NCBI GenBank assembly: GCA_035277745.1
Contig: DATEJV010000090.1
Coordinates: 1 to 46,325, forward strand
Reading direction: 5' to 3'
DNA length: 46,325 nucleotides
Source: Gammaproteobacteria bacterium
GTDB lineage: Bacteria > Pseudomonadota > Gammaproteobacteria > Natronospirales > REEB76
In this document: in pieces, positions 33,551-42,853 of the stretch
Position numbering within the stretch: position 1 is the first letter of the stretch
Layout of the letters: the number at the start of each line of letters is the position of its first letter
Notes under the pieces: model-generated
Database searches by the model: none
Told to the model about the DNA's origin: nothing
The model's input: only the letters and a program-made list of their open reading frames with translations
Made by a program: the position numbers and the translations under genes

Positions 33551-34759
33551 TCAGACTTCGGAGAACACCAGACTGGCATTGGTGCCGCCGAAACCGAAAC
33601 TGTTCGACATCACCGTGGCCAGTTTCGCCGTGCGGCTTTCGCGCAGAATCGGAAAGCCCTCGGCACGCGCATCCAGAGTTTCGATGTTCGCCGAACCGGC
33701 CATGAAACCGTCGCGCAGCATCAACAGGCTGTAAATCGCCTCATGCACGCTGGCCGCGCCGAGCGAGTGACCGGTAAGTGCCTTGGTCGAGGACAGTGGC
33801 GGCACCTGCGCGCCGAACACCTCGCGAACCGCGTCGAGTTCGGCAATGTCGCCCAGCGGCGTGCCGGTACCGTGGGTGTTGAGGTAATCCACCGGGCGTT
33901 CGGTAGCGGCGAGCGCCATCTGCATGCAGCGCACCGCGCCCGCGCCGCTCGGCACCACCATGTCGGCACCGTCGGACGTGGCGCCGTAGCCGACGAGTTC
34001 GGCCTGAATGTCCGCGCCGCGTGCGCGCGCGTGATCATATGCCTCCAGCACGAGCATGCCGCCGCCCGCGGCGATGACGAAGCCATCGCGCTTGGCGTCA
34101 TACGGACGCGAGGCCGCTTGCGGCCGGTCGTTGTAGCCGGTGGAGAGCGCACCCATGGCGTCGAACTCGGCGGTCATGCTCCAGTGCTCTTCCTCCCCGC
34201 CGCCGGCAAACATCAAATCCTGTGCGCCGCTGCGGATGAGGTTGGCGGCCGCGCCGATGCAGTGTGCCGAAGTCGCGCACGCCGCGGAAATCGAATAGCT
34301 CAGGCCGAGAATGCCGAACGCGGTGGCCAGCGTCGCGGACACGGTCGAACACATGGTGCGCGGCACCATGAAGGGGCCGACCTTGCGCAGTCCCTTGTTG
34401 CGCAGCAGATCGGCGGTCTCGATCTGCCACTGCGACGAGCTGCCGCCGGAACCGGCGATCACGCCGACGCGCGGATGGCGGATGTGCTCCATCGCCAGAC
34501 CGGCATCGGCAATCGCCGAGCGCATCGCGACATACGCATAGGCCGCGGCATTGCCCATGAAGCGTTTCCACTTGCGCTCGATGGCGGTATCCAGATCGAT
34601 GTCGGGAACCCCCGCCACCTGGCTGCGCAGGCCACGTGCGGCGTATTCGGGCATGGCGCGAATGCCGCTGCGCAACTCGCGCAGCGCGCGCGACACGGTG
34701 TCGGCCGCATTGCCCAGACAGGAAACGATGCCCATGCCCGTGACCACCACGCGCTTCAT
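33551..34759 (-). CDS. fabB: 3-oxoacyl-ACP synthase I
   Basis: ATG at 34759 gives [13 protein letters not shown]. It has an active-site Cys context ([14 protein letters not shown]) and the HGTGT and [11 protein letters not shown] motifs. It starts 1 nt after the fabA stop. Confidence 0.9.
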   Translation of the reverse strand: MKRVVVTGMGIVSCLGNAADTVSRALRELRSGIRAMPEYAARGLRSQVAGVPDIDLDTAIERKWKRFMGNAAAYAYVAMRSAIADAGLAMEHIRHPRVGVIAGSGGSSSQWQIETADLLRNKGLRKVGPFMVPRTMCSTVSATLATAFGILGLSYSISAACATSAHCIGAAANLIRSGAQDLMFAGGGEEEHWSMTAEFDAMGALSTGYNDRPQAASRPYDAKRDGFVIAAGGGMLVLEAYDHARARGADIQAELVGYGATSDGADMVVPSGAGAVRCMQMALAATERPVDYLNTHGTGTPLGDIAELDAVREVFGAQVPPLSSTKALTGHSLGAASVHEAIYSLLMLRDGFMAGSANIETLDARAEGFPILRESRTAKLATVMSNSFGFGGTNASLVFSEV

Positions 34760-34760
34760 T

Positions 34761-35351
34761 TCACAGGTCCTCGACGGACTGGAACAGACCCACACGCATG
34801 TCCTTGGCAACGTAGATCAGGCGCTCGTCCACAAAGGTGCTGCCGTCCGCGATCACCATGGGCAATTTGCCGCGCATCACCCGGCGCACGTCAATCTGGT
34901 AGCGCACCAGCCTGGCCTTGGGCAGTACCTGTCCCGTGAACTTGACCTCGCCGACGCCGAGCGCCCGGCCGCGACCGGGTTCGCCCAGCCACGGAAGATA
35001 GAAACCGCTGAGCTGCCACATGGCATCCAGGCCGAGGCAGCCCGGCATCACCGGATCGCCGGCAAAATGACACTCGAAAAACCACAAGTCCGGATGGATA
35101 TCCAGTTCCGCCCGGATCTCCCCTTTGTTGTAAGCGCCGCCGGTGCTGGCGATGTGCGTGATGCGGTCAAACATGAGCAGCGGCGGCGCCGGCAGGCGCG
35201 CATTGCCCGCGCCGAACAGCTCGCCGCGGCCGCACGCCAATAATTGCTCGCGGCTGAACGCATGCAGCCGGGATTTACCGCTCTGTGCGCGCGGATTGGA
35301 TGGATCAAGGTCCGGCGGATTGTGCTTGCGCTCGGTCGTCGGCATTTGCAT
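34761..35351 (-). CDS. fabA: 3-hydroxydecanoyl-ACP dehydratase/isomerase
   Basis: Carries [27 protein letters not shown] and [11 protein letters not shown], near-identical to the E. coli FabA core. The start is uncertain (ATG at 35351 or 35345, GTG at 35390). Any of them gives a >=20-aa N-terminal extension over E. coli and Pseudomonas FabA. Confidence 0.9.
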   Translation of the reverse strand: MQMPTTERKHNPPDLDPSNPRAQSGKSRLHAFSREQLLACGRGELFGAGNARLPAPPLLMFDRITHIASTGGAYNKGEIRAELDIHPDLWFFECHFAGDPVMPGCLGLDAMWQLSGFYLPWLGEPGRGRALGVGEVKFTGQVLPKARLVRYQIDVRRVMRGKLPMVIADGSTFVDERLIYVAKDMRVGLFQSVEDL

Positions 35352-35587
35352 CAGACTCGCCTGCGCAATTTGGAGTGGGTCACGCAGCACCGGGTTTGCG
35401 CACGCGCTTTGCCGGTCAGCCGCCTGAGGCCGGGTACTTCCATGGCCATGGGTACATCATGCGCGAAGGAGCCAGGCGTGTCGAGTCACCGGACAGTTCC
35501 ACTGCCGGCGCCATGCCGAGTGCAGCCTCCTCCGGGCGCAACGGCTATAGCGTGCGCGCGCACTCTTTCTGCCGTGGCACTGCATGC

Positions 35588-36733
<1,146 letters not shown>

Positions 36734-36746
36734 TTACAACAGCGAT

Positions 36747-36772
36747 AAAAAACCCCGGGCCAGCCGGGGTTT
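36747..36772 (-). terminator. Rho-independent terminator after rpmA
   Basis: The minus strand reads AAACCCCGG-CTGGC-CCGGGGTTTTTT. It starts about 27 nt past the rpmA stop (36799) and lies upstream of obg. Confidence 0.6.
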
Positions 36773-36798
36773 CTGCGCCGCGGGGCAATGCGCAGTGC

Positions 36799-37056
36799 TT
36801 AATCCACCACCACGCTCACGACGCGGTGCTGCGGCCTGCCCTTGAGGGAGAATTTCACCTTGCCGTTGCTCTTGGCGAACAGCGTGTGATCACGCCCCAT
36901 GCCCACGTTCGCGCCGGCATGGAACTGCGTGCCGCGCTGGCGCACGATGATGCCGCCGGCGTTCACCGCCTGGCCGCCATAGAGTTTGAGGCCGAGGCGT
37001 TTCGACTCGGAATCGCGGCCGTTACGGGTACTGCCGCCAGCTTTCTTGTGTGCCAT
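36799..37056 (-). CDS. rpmA: 50S ribosomal protein L27
   Basis: Begins [26 protein letters not shown], the canonical L27 N-terminus. 85 aa. Confidence 0.95.
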   Translation of the reverse strand: MAHKKAGGSTRNGRDSESKRLGLKLYGGQAVNAGGIIVRQRGTQFHAGANVGMGRDHTLFAKSNGKVKFSLKGRPQHRVVSVVVD

Positions 37057-37074
37057 GGGTGCGTGCCTCGATGC

Positions 37075-37392
37075 TCAACCGGCATGGATGCCGGTAATCT
37101 GGACTTCGGTGTAATGCTGCCGGTGGCCGGCGCGGCGCCGGTAATTCTTGCGGCGACGCATCTTGAAAATGAAAATCTTGTCACCGCGTCCCAGGGATTT
37201 GACGGTCCCGGTAACCTTGCCGCCGGCCACGAACGGCGTGCCCAGCAGTGGCGCCTCCTGGTCGCGCCCGACCATGAGCACGCGGTCGAAAGTCACCGCG
37301 GCGCCGGTGTCGGCCGCGAGCTGCTCGCAGCGAATCAGATCGCCCTCACTCACCCGGTATTGCTTGCCGCCGGTCTCGATCACCGCGTACAT
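37075..37392 (-). CDS. rplU: 50S ribosomal protein L21
   Basis: Begins MYAVIETGGKQYRVSEGD, the canonical L21 N-terminus. 105 aa, directly upstream of rpmA. Confidence 0.95.
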   Translation of the reverse strand: MYAVIETGGKQYRVSEGDLIRCEQLAADTGAAVTFDRVLMVGRDQEAPLLGTPFVAGGKVTGTVKSLGRGDKIFIFKMRRRKNYRRRAGHRQHYTEVQITGIHAG

Positions 37393-37430
37393 GGGAACTC
37401 CAAAGGATAAAATGCCGTCAAAGGGCGCGA

Positions 37431-37459
37431 ATTTTACGGCCTTGGGCGATGGCGGTCAA
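37431..37459 (-). promoter_or_regulatory. Predicted sigma70 promoter for rplU-rpmA(-obg)
   Basis: The minus strand reads TTGACC (37459-37454), a 17-nt spacer, then TAAAAT (37436-37431). It lies about 39 nt upstream of the rplU ATG. Confidence 0.5.
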
Positions 37460-37475
37460 ACCTGGCGTGCGCGCC

Positions 37476-37504
37476 TTGACACCCCCCCATGGCACCCCTA
37501 GCAT
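37476..37504 (+). promoter_or_regulatory. Predicted sigma70 promoter for ispB
   Basis: TTGACA (37476-37481), a 17-nt spacer, then TAGCAT (37499-37504). It sits back-to-back with the rplU promoter, 41 nt upstream of the ispB ATG. Confidence 0.5.
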
Positions 37505-37544
37505 CGCCTTCACGTGCCGCTCCGGCCGTAATCCGACGCCGCGC

Positions 37545-38555
37545 ATGGTTCTAGCCCCCGATTCCGTCACCTCCGCCGGTCAGGCGCCGGAATTGGCTGC
37601 GCTGCGCGCCATGGTGGACGCGGATTTCCACGCTACCGACAGCCTGATCCGCAAGGCGCTGCACTCGGACGTGGTGCTCATCAGCCAGCTCGGCGAATAC
37701 ATCATCAGCGGCGGCGGCAAGCGTCTGCGGCCGCTGCTGGTGTTGCTTGCCGCGCGCGCCTGCGAGGTCGCCGACCAGCGCCACGTGCAGCTCGCCGCCA
37801 TCATCGAATTCATCCACACCGCCACGCTGCTGCACGACGACGTGGTGGACGCCTCCGGCCTGCGGCGCGGGCGCGAGACCGCCAACGCCATCTGGGGTAA
37901 CGAAGCGAGCGTGCTGGTGGGGGATTTCCTGTACTCGCGCGCCTTCCAGATGATGGTGGCGCTCGATGACATGCGCGTGATGCGCATCCTCGCCGATGCC
38001 ACCAACCTGATCGCCGAAGGCGAAGTCATGCAGTTGCTCAACTGCCACGATCCCGAAACCACCGAGGCGCGCTATCTGCAGGTGATCCGGCGCAAGACCG
38101 CGACGCTGTTCCAGGCCGGCGCGCACTTGGCCGCGATCATCGCGGGACGGCCGGAGGTACAGGCCGCGGCCCTCGGCCGCTACGGCCTGCACCTCGGCAG
38201 CGCCTTCCAGTTGATTGATGACGCACTGGACTACAGCGCGAGCGCCGCCGAGATGGGCAAGAACAGCGGCGACGACCTTGCCGAAGGCAAGCCCACCCTG
38301 CCGCTGATTTACGCCATGCAACACGGCACACCGGCGGAACGCGAACGCATCAGCGCGGCAATCGAATCCGGCGAACACACGGACATGGGCGGCATCCTGG
38401 CGATTCTCAGGCGCACCTCCGCACTTGAATACACCCTGAGCCGCGCACGCCAGGAACGCGAGCGTGCGGTCGCGGCGCTCGAGCTGCTGCCTGAATCCGG
38501 GTACAAGACCGCACTCGTGGAGCTGGCGGATTTTTCGGTGGAACGGCGCACTTGA
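37545..38555 (+). CDS. ispB: Octaprenyl-diphosphate synthase
   Basis: ATG at 37545. It carries GGKRLRP and the two Asp-rich motifs LLHDDVVD and LIDDALD. It is divergent from rplU, as in E. coli. Confidence 0.9.
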   Translation: MVLAPDSVTSAGQAPELAALRAMVDADFHATDSLIRKALHSDVVLISQLGEYIISGGGKRLRPLLVLLAARACEVADQRHVQLAAIIEFIHTATLLHDDVVDASGLRRGRETANAIWGNEASVLVGDFLYSRAFQMMVALDDMRVMRILADATNLIAEGEVMQLLNCHDPETTEARYLQVIRRKTATLFQAGAHLAAIIAGRPEVQAAALGRYGLHLGSAFQLIDDALDYSASAAEMGKNSGDDLAEGKPTLPLIYAMQHGTPAERERISAAIESGEHTDMGGILAILRRTSALEYTLSRARQERERAVAALELLPESGYKTALVELADFSVERRT

Positions 38556-38595
38556 ACAATCTCGCCGGCCGGACGCGTACCGGAGCCAGCCAGCG

Positions 38596-41500
38596 CTAGT
38601 GCCGCGGTACAAGCACACCGGCGCGCAACAAGCTGGTGCAGCGCTGCGCCGGCACCGGCCGGCTGTAGTAGTTCCCCTGCGCCAGGTTGCAGCCGACGGA
38701 GCGCAGGTTTTCCACTTGCTGCGATTCCTCCACGCCCTCCGCCACCACCGTCAGCCCCAGCGTGCGACTCATGGCCACCAGCGCCGCAACGATGGCTTTG
38801 TGCTTGGCATCCACCGACATGCCCACAACAAAACTCCGATCAATCTTGAGAATGCTGATGGGCAGACGGCTCAAATAACTCAACGATGAGTAGCCGGTGC
38901 CGAAATCATCCAGCGAGAAACTGATTCCCAGGGCCTTGAGTTTCTCCATCTGCGCGCGCACCACCAGGTTGTCGGTCATGATCGCGGTTTCAGTCAATTC
39001 CAGATGCAGCCAGTGCGAATCCAGGCCGGTACGTTGGAGCACTCCGTTCACCATCTCCACCAGATCATCGCGCAAGAACTGGCGCGCGGAAACATTCACA
39101 CTGATGGGCAAGGGCGCGATCCCGAGTTCTTTCCACACCATACCTTGCCGGCAGGCGGCTTCCAATGCCCAGCGTCCCAGCGAAATGATGTCGCCGCTTT
39201 GTTCGGCGACGGGAATGAATTTCGCGGGTGGTATCAGGCTGCCGTCATCGGTACGCCAGCGCAGCAGCGCCTCGACTCCGGTAATACGGCCGGAGTCGAG
39301 CTGTACCTGCGGCTGGTATTCAAGAAAAAATTCCCGCTCCATACTGGCGCTGCGCAGATGACTGCGCAGCTTCAGCAGTTCCTCGACCAGGGTCTTCATG
39401 GCCACACTGTAGAAACGCAACTCGCCGCCAGCGTTACTCTTGGCATCCAGCAAGGCGCTGTCGGCGTTGCGCAGCAGTTCCTCGGCTTCTTCCCCGTGAT
39501 CCGGCGCCACGGCCACACCCACGCTCAAGCGCAGGTCCACGCGGTTACCGCTGATATTCAGCGGCGCCTCCAGGGCACGCTTGAGGTCTGCGACGATCTT
39601 CTGCAGGCTCCCGTGGTCGAACTCCCCATACAAGACTACGCCAAATTCATCGGCGCTCAGGCGCGCGACTCCGTCGCGCGTGCCACATTGCGTCGCGAGA
39701 CGCGTGCCAAATTCGCGCAACACGGTATCCCCCACGGCATGTCCGAGGGCATCGTTGATCATCTTGAAACTGTCAATGTTCAACAGCACCACCGCGACCC
39801 GCAGGTCGCCGCTACGGCGGGCGAGTTGCTCGCGCAGGTGTTCATGCAGCAGGGTACGGTTGCCAAGTCTGGTGAGCGCGTCGTAAAACGCCAGATAACG
39901 AAGGCGCTGTTCGCTTTGCACGCGTTCGGTGATGTCGGTGGTAACCAGTGTGGTGCCGTTGATACTGCCGGTATCATCGCGGCTCACCACGGCGTCAATC
40001 TGCACATCCAGCAGCTGACCGCTCACGGTCCGGCATTGAGTCATGAAGCTCTGAGTCAACACCTCGCCGCTGATCATGAGCTTGAGGCGCCTCTCGCATT
40101 CGGCCCGCTGTCCCGCGTTACTGACATGTTCGAACAGGGATTTGCCTATGAGGTCGCCGCGCGCGTAGCCCAGCATGATATGGATCGCCTGGTTGGCATA
40201 GCGGATGACGCCGTCACTGGACAGCTCGGCGATGCCGTGCGGCACGGATTCCATCAGGCGCCGGTAGCGGCGTTCGCTGCGCCGCAACACGGCTTCCTGC
40301 TGTTTCTGGCTGGTAATGTCCTGAAATACGCCGAACACCGCCTCCCCGGTCTCGGCGGTGGCCGGACTGTATTTGGCGATGATGCGCACGTTACGCACTT
40401 CGCCATCCGGTCGCAGGATGCGGGCTTCCACTTCCGTGCCCTGATGATCCACGGCCACGCCGCTGATGGCGCTGCCCACCATCTCGCGATCCTCCGCCAG
40501 GAAAGTCTGTAGCGTGCCGCGGAAATCCAACGGTGCGCTATCCGGCGTCATGCCGCGAATACGGTAGCTCTCCTGTGAGCGCCACAGTCTGTCCGTCTGG
40601 ATGTCCCAGCGCCAGTGCCCGAGTTGCGCGAGTTGCTCGGCTTCATCAAGCATCCGGGCATTTTCTTCCAGGGCGGCCGTGATGTGCCTGCGCTCGCTGA
40701 TGTCGGCAAGAATTGCTACGTAGAAACGCAACCCGCTCTGTTCGTCAAATACCGGGCTGACGGACAGCGAAATCCAGTATCGTTCGCCAGCATTGCGCCG
40801 GCTCACGGTTTCCAGCGATAACGCTTCCTGTTTTCGGAACGCGTTGCGGATCCGTTCACGCACCTCCGGCGTGATACCGGCCCGTTCTGCAAACACGCGC
40901 CAATCGCCGTTGTGGACTTCCTGATATGAAAATCCGGTGACGTGTTCAAAGGCCGGGTTCACATAAACCACCGGATAATGGTCTTGTTGCGAAGCGACAT
41001 CAATGACCAGCACGCCGTTGACAGACTGGCGGGTGGCGGCGGCCAACAGGGTGTGTTCCGACACCAGTTTTTCCAGCTGCTGTTCACGCAGCTTGAGCGC
41101 GGTGATGTCCGTATAGATGTTGATGCGACCGCCGTCGTGGCTGCGACGCTCCTTGATCAGCACCCAACGGCCATCATCCAGCCGCTGCTCCTGGCTGCCG
41201 GAATCCGGGTGGTAAGCAGCCAGGCGCTCGTGCAGCCATGCAGAGTCGCCTGATCCCGTTTGCGCGTTGCTCCCGCCCTCGATGCCGACGCTCAGCAACT
41301 CCTCGAATTTCCGTCCCGGGGTCAGAAATCCCGCGAGTTGCGGATACATGCGCTTGATCTGTTCATTGCACAAGATCAGCCGGTCCTCAGAATCAAACAG
41401 GATGAAGCCGTCCTCCATGGACTGCAGCGCATCGCCCAATGCAGCCTCCGCGCGATGCCGTGCGCGCAGCTCATTGGATCGGGCCAAGGCGACATGCACG

Positions 41501-41886
41501 GCACGCCGCAGGCGCGGCATATGGCGTGGATTCTTGACCACATAATCCGTCAGGCCCAGGCGCATGGCCTCAACGGCAACGTCTTTCGTACCCGTGCCGG
41601 TGAACATGATCACCGGCAGGTCCGGATGCCGGGCCGCGACCTGCTTCAGGATTTCCAGTCCCGTGGTCCAGTGCAGCTGAAAATCCGTAATCACCAGATC
41701 AAAATCCCCGCTCTCGAGGGCGCGCTCGAATGCCGTCTGATTCGAAATTTCAGTGGCCGCCACCACCGCGGCCTCTCTGCGCAACTCGCGTATCACCAGC
41801 GCGCGGTCGTCCGGATTATCGTCCACCAACAGCACTTTCAGCCTGGCGCCTGGTGTAGCGCTGGAATTAATGGATTTGACGTTCAT
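38596..41886 (-). CDS. Response-regulator receiver + multiple PAS/PAC + degenerate GGDEF + EAL protein (probable c-di-GMP phosphodiesterase)
   Basis: 1096 aa. REC residues are LLVDDNPDD, LVITDF, MFTGTG and YVVK. The GGDEF-domain motif reads SADEF. EAL-domain motifs are intact (EYQPQ, GVEALLRW, NVSARQF, ELTE, DDFGTGYSS, KIDRSF, EGVE). Confidence 0.9.
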   Translation of the reverse strand: MNVKSINSSATPGARLKVLLVDDNPDDRALVIRELRREAAVVAATEISNQTAFERALESGDFDLVITDFQLHWTTGLEILKQVAARHPDLPVIMFTGTGTKDVAVEAMRLGLTDYVVKNPRHMPRLRRAVHVALARSNELRARHRAEAALGDALQSMEDGFILFDSEDRLILCNEQIKRMYPQLAGFLTPGRKFEELLSVGIEGGSNAQTGSGDSAWLHERLAAYHPDSGSQEQRLDDGRWVLIKERRSHDGGRINIYTDITALKLREQQLEKLVSEHTLLAAATRQSVNGVLVIDVASQQDHYPVVYVNPAFEHVTGFSYQEVHNGDWRVFAERAGITPEVRERIRNAFRKQEALSLETVSRRNAGERYWISLSVSPVFDEQSGLRFYVAILADISERRHITAALEENARMLDEAEQLAQLGHWRWDIQTDRLWRSQESYRIRGMTPDSAPLDFRGTLQTFLAEDREMVGSAISGVAVDHQGTEVEARILRPDGEVRNVRIIAKYSPATAETGEAVFGVFQDITSQKQQEAVLRRSERRYRRLMESVPHGIAELSSDGVIRYANQAIHIMLGYARGDLIGKSLFEHVSNAGQRAECERRLKLMISGEVLTQSFMTQCRTVSGQLLDVQIDAVVSRDDTGSINGTTLVTTDITERVQSEQRLRYLAFYDALTRLGNRTLLHEHLREQLARRSGDLRVAVVLLNIDSFKMINDALGHAVGDTVLREFGTRLATQCGTRDGVARLSADEFGVVLYGEFDHGSLQKIVADLKRALEAPLNISGNRVDLRLSVGVAVAPDHGEEAEELLRNADSALLDAKSNAGGELRFYSVAMKTLVEELLKLRSHLRSASMEREFFLEYQPQVQLDSGRITGVEALLRWRTDDGSLIPPAKFIPVAEQSGDIISLGRWALEAACRQGMVWKELGIAPLPISVNVSARQFLRDDLVEMVNGVLQRTGLDSHWLHLELTETAIMTDNLVVRAQMEKLKALGISFSLDDFGTGYSSLSYLSRLPISILKIDRSFVVGMSVDAKHKAIVAALVAMSRTLGLTVVAEGVEESQQVENLRSVGCNLAQGNYYSRPVPAQRCTSLLRAGVLVPRH

Positions 41887-42295
41887 ATGAATATCGTCCG
41901 TGAAATTCCTCCCGGCCTCAAACGATGTCCGGATGCCCGCTCAGCATCACGTCGTTGTGATCATGTTCCGCCAGCAGGATGTGGGCATGGTCAATCACGC
42001 TTAAATTCCTTAATTCCTTCGGGGTTGCCATGGATGGGCTGCCGCCCGGACTCGACTCTACGCTGATACTTCCCGGCATGTGCGTCACGCCCTTCTTGAC
42101 GACGGCCAAGCCTACGCCGGTTCCGGACAGGTCTCGGCACCGCGCGTTCCCGCCGGTATGCGGTCAGCCAGTGCAGAATCGGTTCCCGCCTGCAGCAGGC
42201 TGTAACGGTCCCATGAAGGCACAACGGAGAAACCCGTCGCCGTGGGACCGCCACGGTATCCGGGTCAGTTTTTTCCCGGGCAAGCCGGGTTGCAA

Positions 42296-42324
42296 TTGCC
42301 GGACTCCTGGCCTTGCTTTATAGT
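42296..42324 (+). promoter_or_regulatory. Predicted promoter of tRNA-Pro
   Basis: TTGCCG (42296-42301), a 17-nt spacer, then TATAGT (42319-42324). It ends 11 nt before the tRNA 5' end. Confidence 0.45.
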
Positions 42325-42335
42325 ACGCGGCCTCG

Positions 42336-42412
42336 CGGGGTGTAGCTCAGCCTGGTAGAGCACTTGGTTCGGGACCAAGGGGCCGCAGGTTCAAATCCTG
42401 TCACCCCGACCA
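42336..42412 (+). tRNA. tRNA-Pro, anticodon CGG
   Basis: 77-nt cloverleaf. Acceptor stem CGGGGTG/CACCCCG, D-arm GCTC-AGCCTGGTA-GAGC, anticodon arm CTTGG-TTCGGGA-CCAAG and T-arm GCAGG-TTCAAAT-CCTGT. The CCA end is encoded. Confidence 0.95.
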
Positions 42413-42462
42413 ATCGTTATCGCTTCTCGCTCACTGAATCATCCCTGATGTGCTTGCCGGCC
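42397..42462 (+). repeat. 66-bp direct repeat unit 1 (its first 16 nt are the genuine tRNA-Pro 3' end)
   Basis: cctgtcaccccgaccaatcg-TTAT-cgcttctcgctcactgaatcatccctg-atgtgcttg-ccggcc. Confidence 0.85.
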
Positions 42463-42590
42463 ACGCTTGCGAGCTGCGCATCCTGCTCCACTCGCAAGTC
42501 CAGGGCAGCCCTCCCTGGCTGCCCGTTCGCCGGCGCGAAGCTGTGCTTCGCGTACATCCGGCTCGCCCATGGCGTGGCGCGCAGCCGGAA

Positions 42591-42611
42591 CGGACGTCCA
42601 CCGGACATCCG
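42591..42611 (+). repeat. Diverged copy of REP hairpin 2
   Basis: CGGACGTCC-ACC-GGACATCCG, with one mismatch and followed by TCTAAAAC. It is preceded by GTACATCC, as in the other copies. Confidence 0.5.
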
Positions 42612-42630
42612 TCTAAAACATCGGCTGCGC

Positions 42631-42696
42631 CCTGTCACCCCGACCAATCGCTGCCGCTTCTCGCTCACCGAATCATCCCTGATGAGCTGACCGGCC
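42631..42696 (+). repeat. 66-bp direct repeat unit 2 (tRNA-Pro 3'-end copy plus trailer)
   Basis: cctgtcaccccgaccaatcg-CTGC-cgcttctcgctcaccgaatcatccctg-atgagctga-ccggcc. Confidence 0.85.
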
Positions 42697-42749
42697 TGTA
42701 CATCCCTGTACAGGCGTTCGGGCCGACCGGAATGCCACCGGCATTCCGG
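42695..42749 (+). repeat. REP-like two-hairpin element between repeat units 2 and 3
   Basis: Hairpin 1 is CCTGTACA-TCCC-TGTACAGG (42695-42714). Hairpin 2 is CCGGAATGCC-ACC-GGCATTCCGG (42727-42749), followed by CAAAACCACGGCC. Confidence 0.75.
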
Positions 42750-42767
42750 CAAAACCACGGCCCTCAC

Positions 42768-42833
42768 CCTGTCACCCCGACCAATCGCAGCCGCTTCTCG
42801 CTCACTGAATCATCCCTGGTTGGCGTGCCGGCC
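42768..42833 (+). repeat. 66-bp direct repeat unit 3 (tRNA-Pro 3'-end copy plus trailer)
   Basis: cctgtcaccccgaccaatcg-CAGC-cgcttctcgctcactgaatcatccctg-gttggcgtg-ccggcc. Confidence 0.85.
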
Positions 42834-42853
42834 AGTCCATTGCGTTTCGCACT

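Noticed and set aside
41918-42109. A 63-aa minus-strand ORF upstream of the REC-GGDEF-EAL gene, considered as a real gene.
   Set aside because: It has no recognisable family, no clear ribosome-binding site and an ambiguous start. It is kept only as a low-interest observation, not as a feature.
42397-42833. A possible CRISPR array formed by the three direct repeats.
   Set aside because: The repeats are 66 bp long and include a tRNA 3' end. The spacers are unequal (168 and 71 bp) and themselves consist of REP hairpins. There are only three units and no cas genes.
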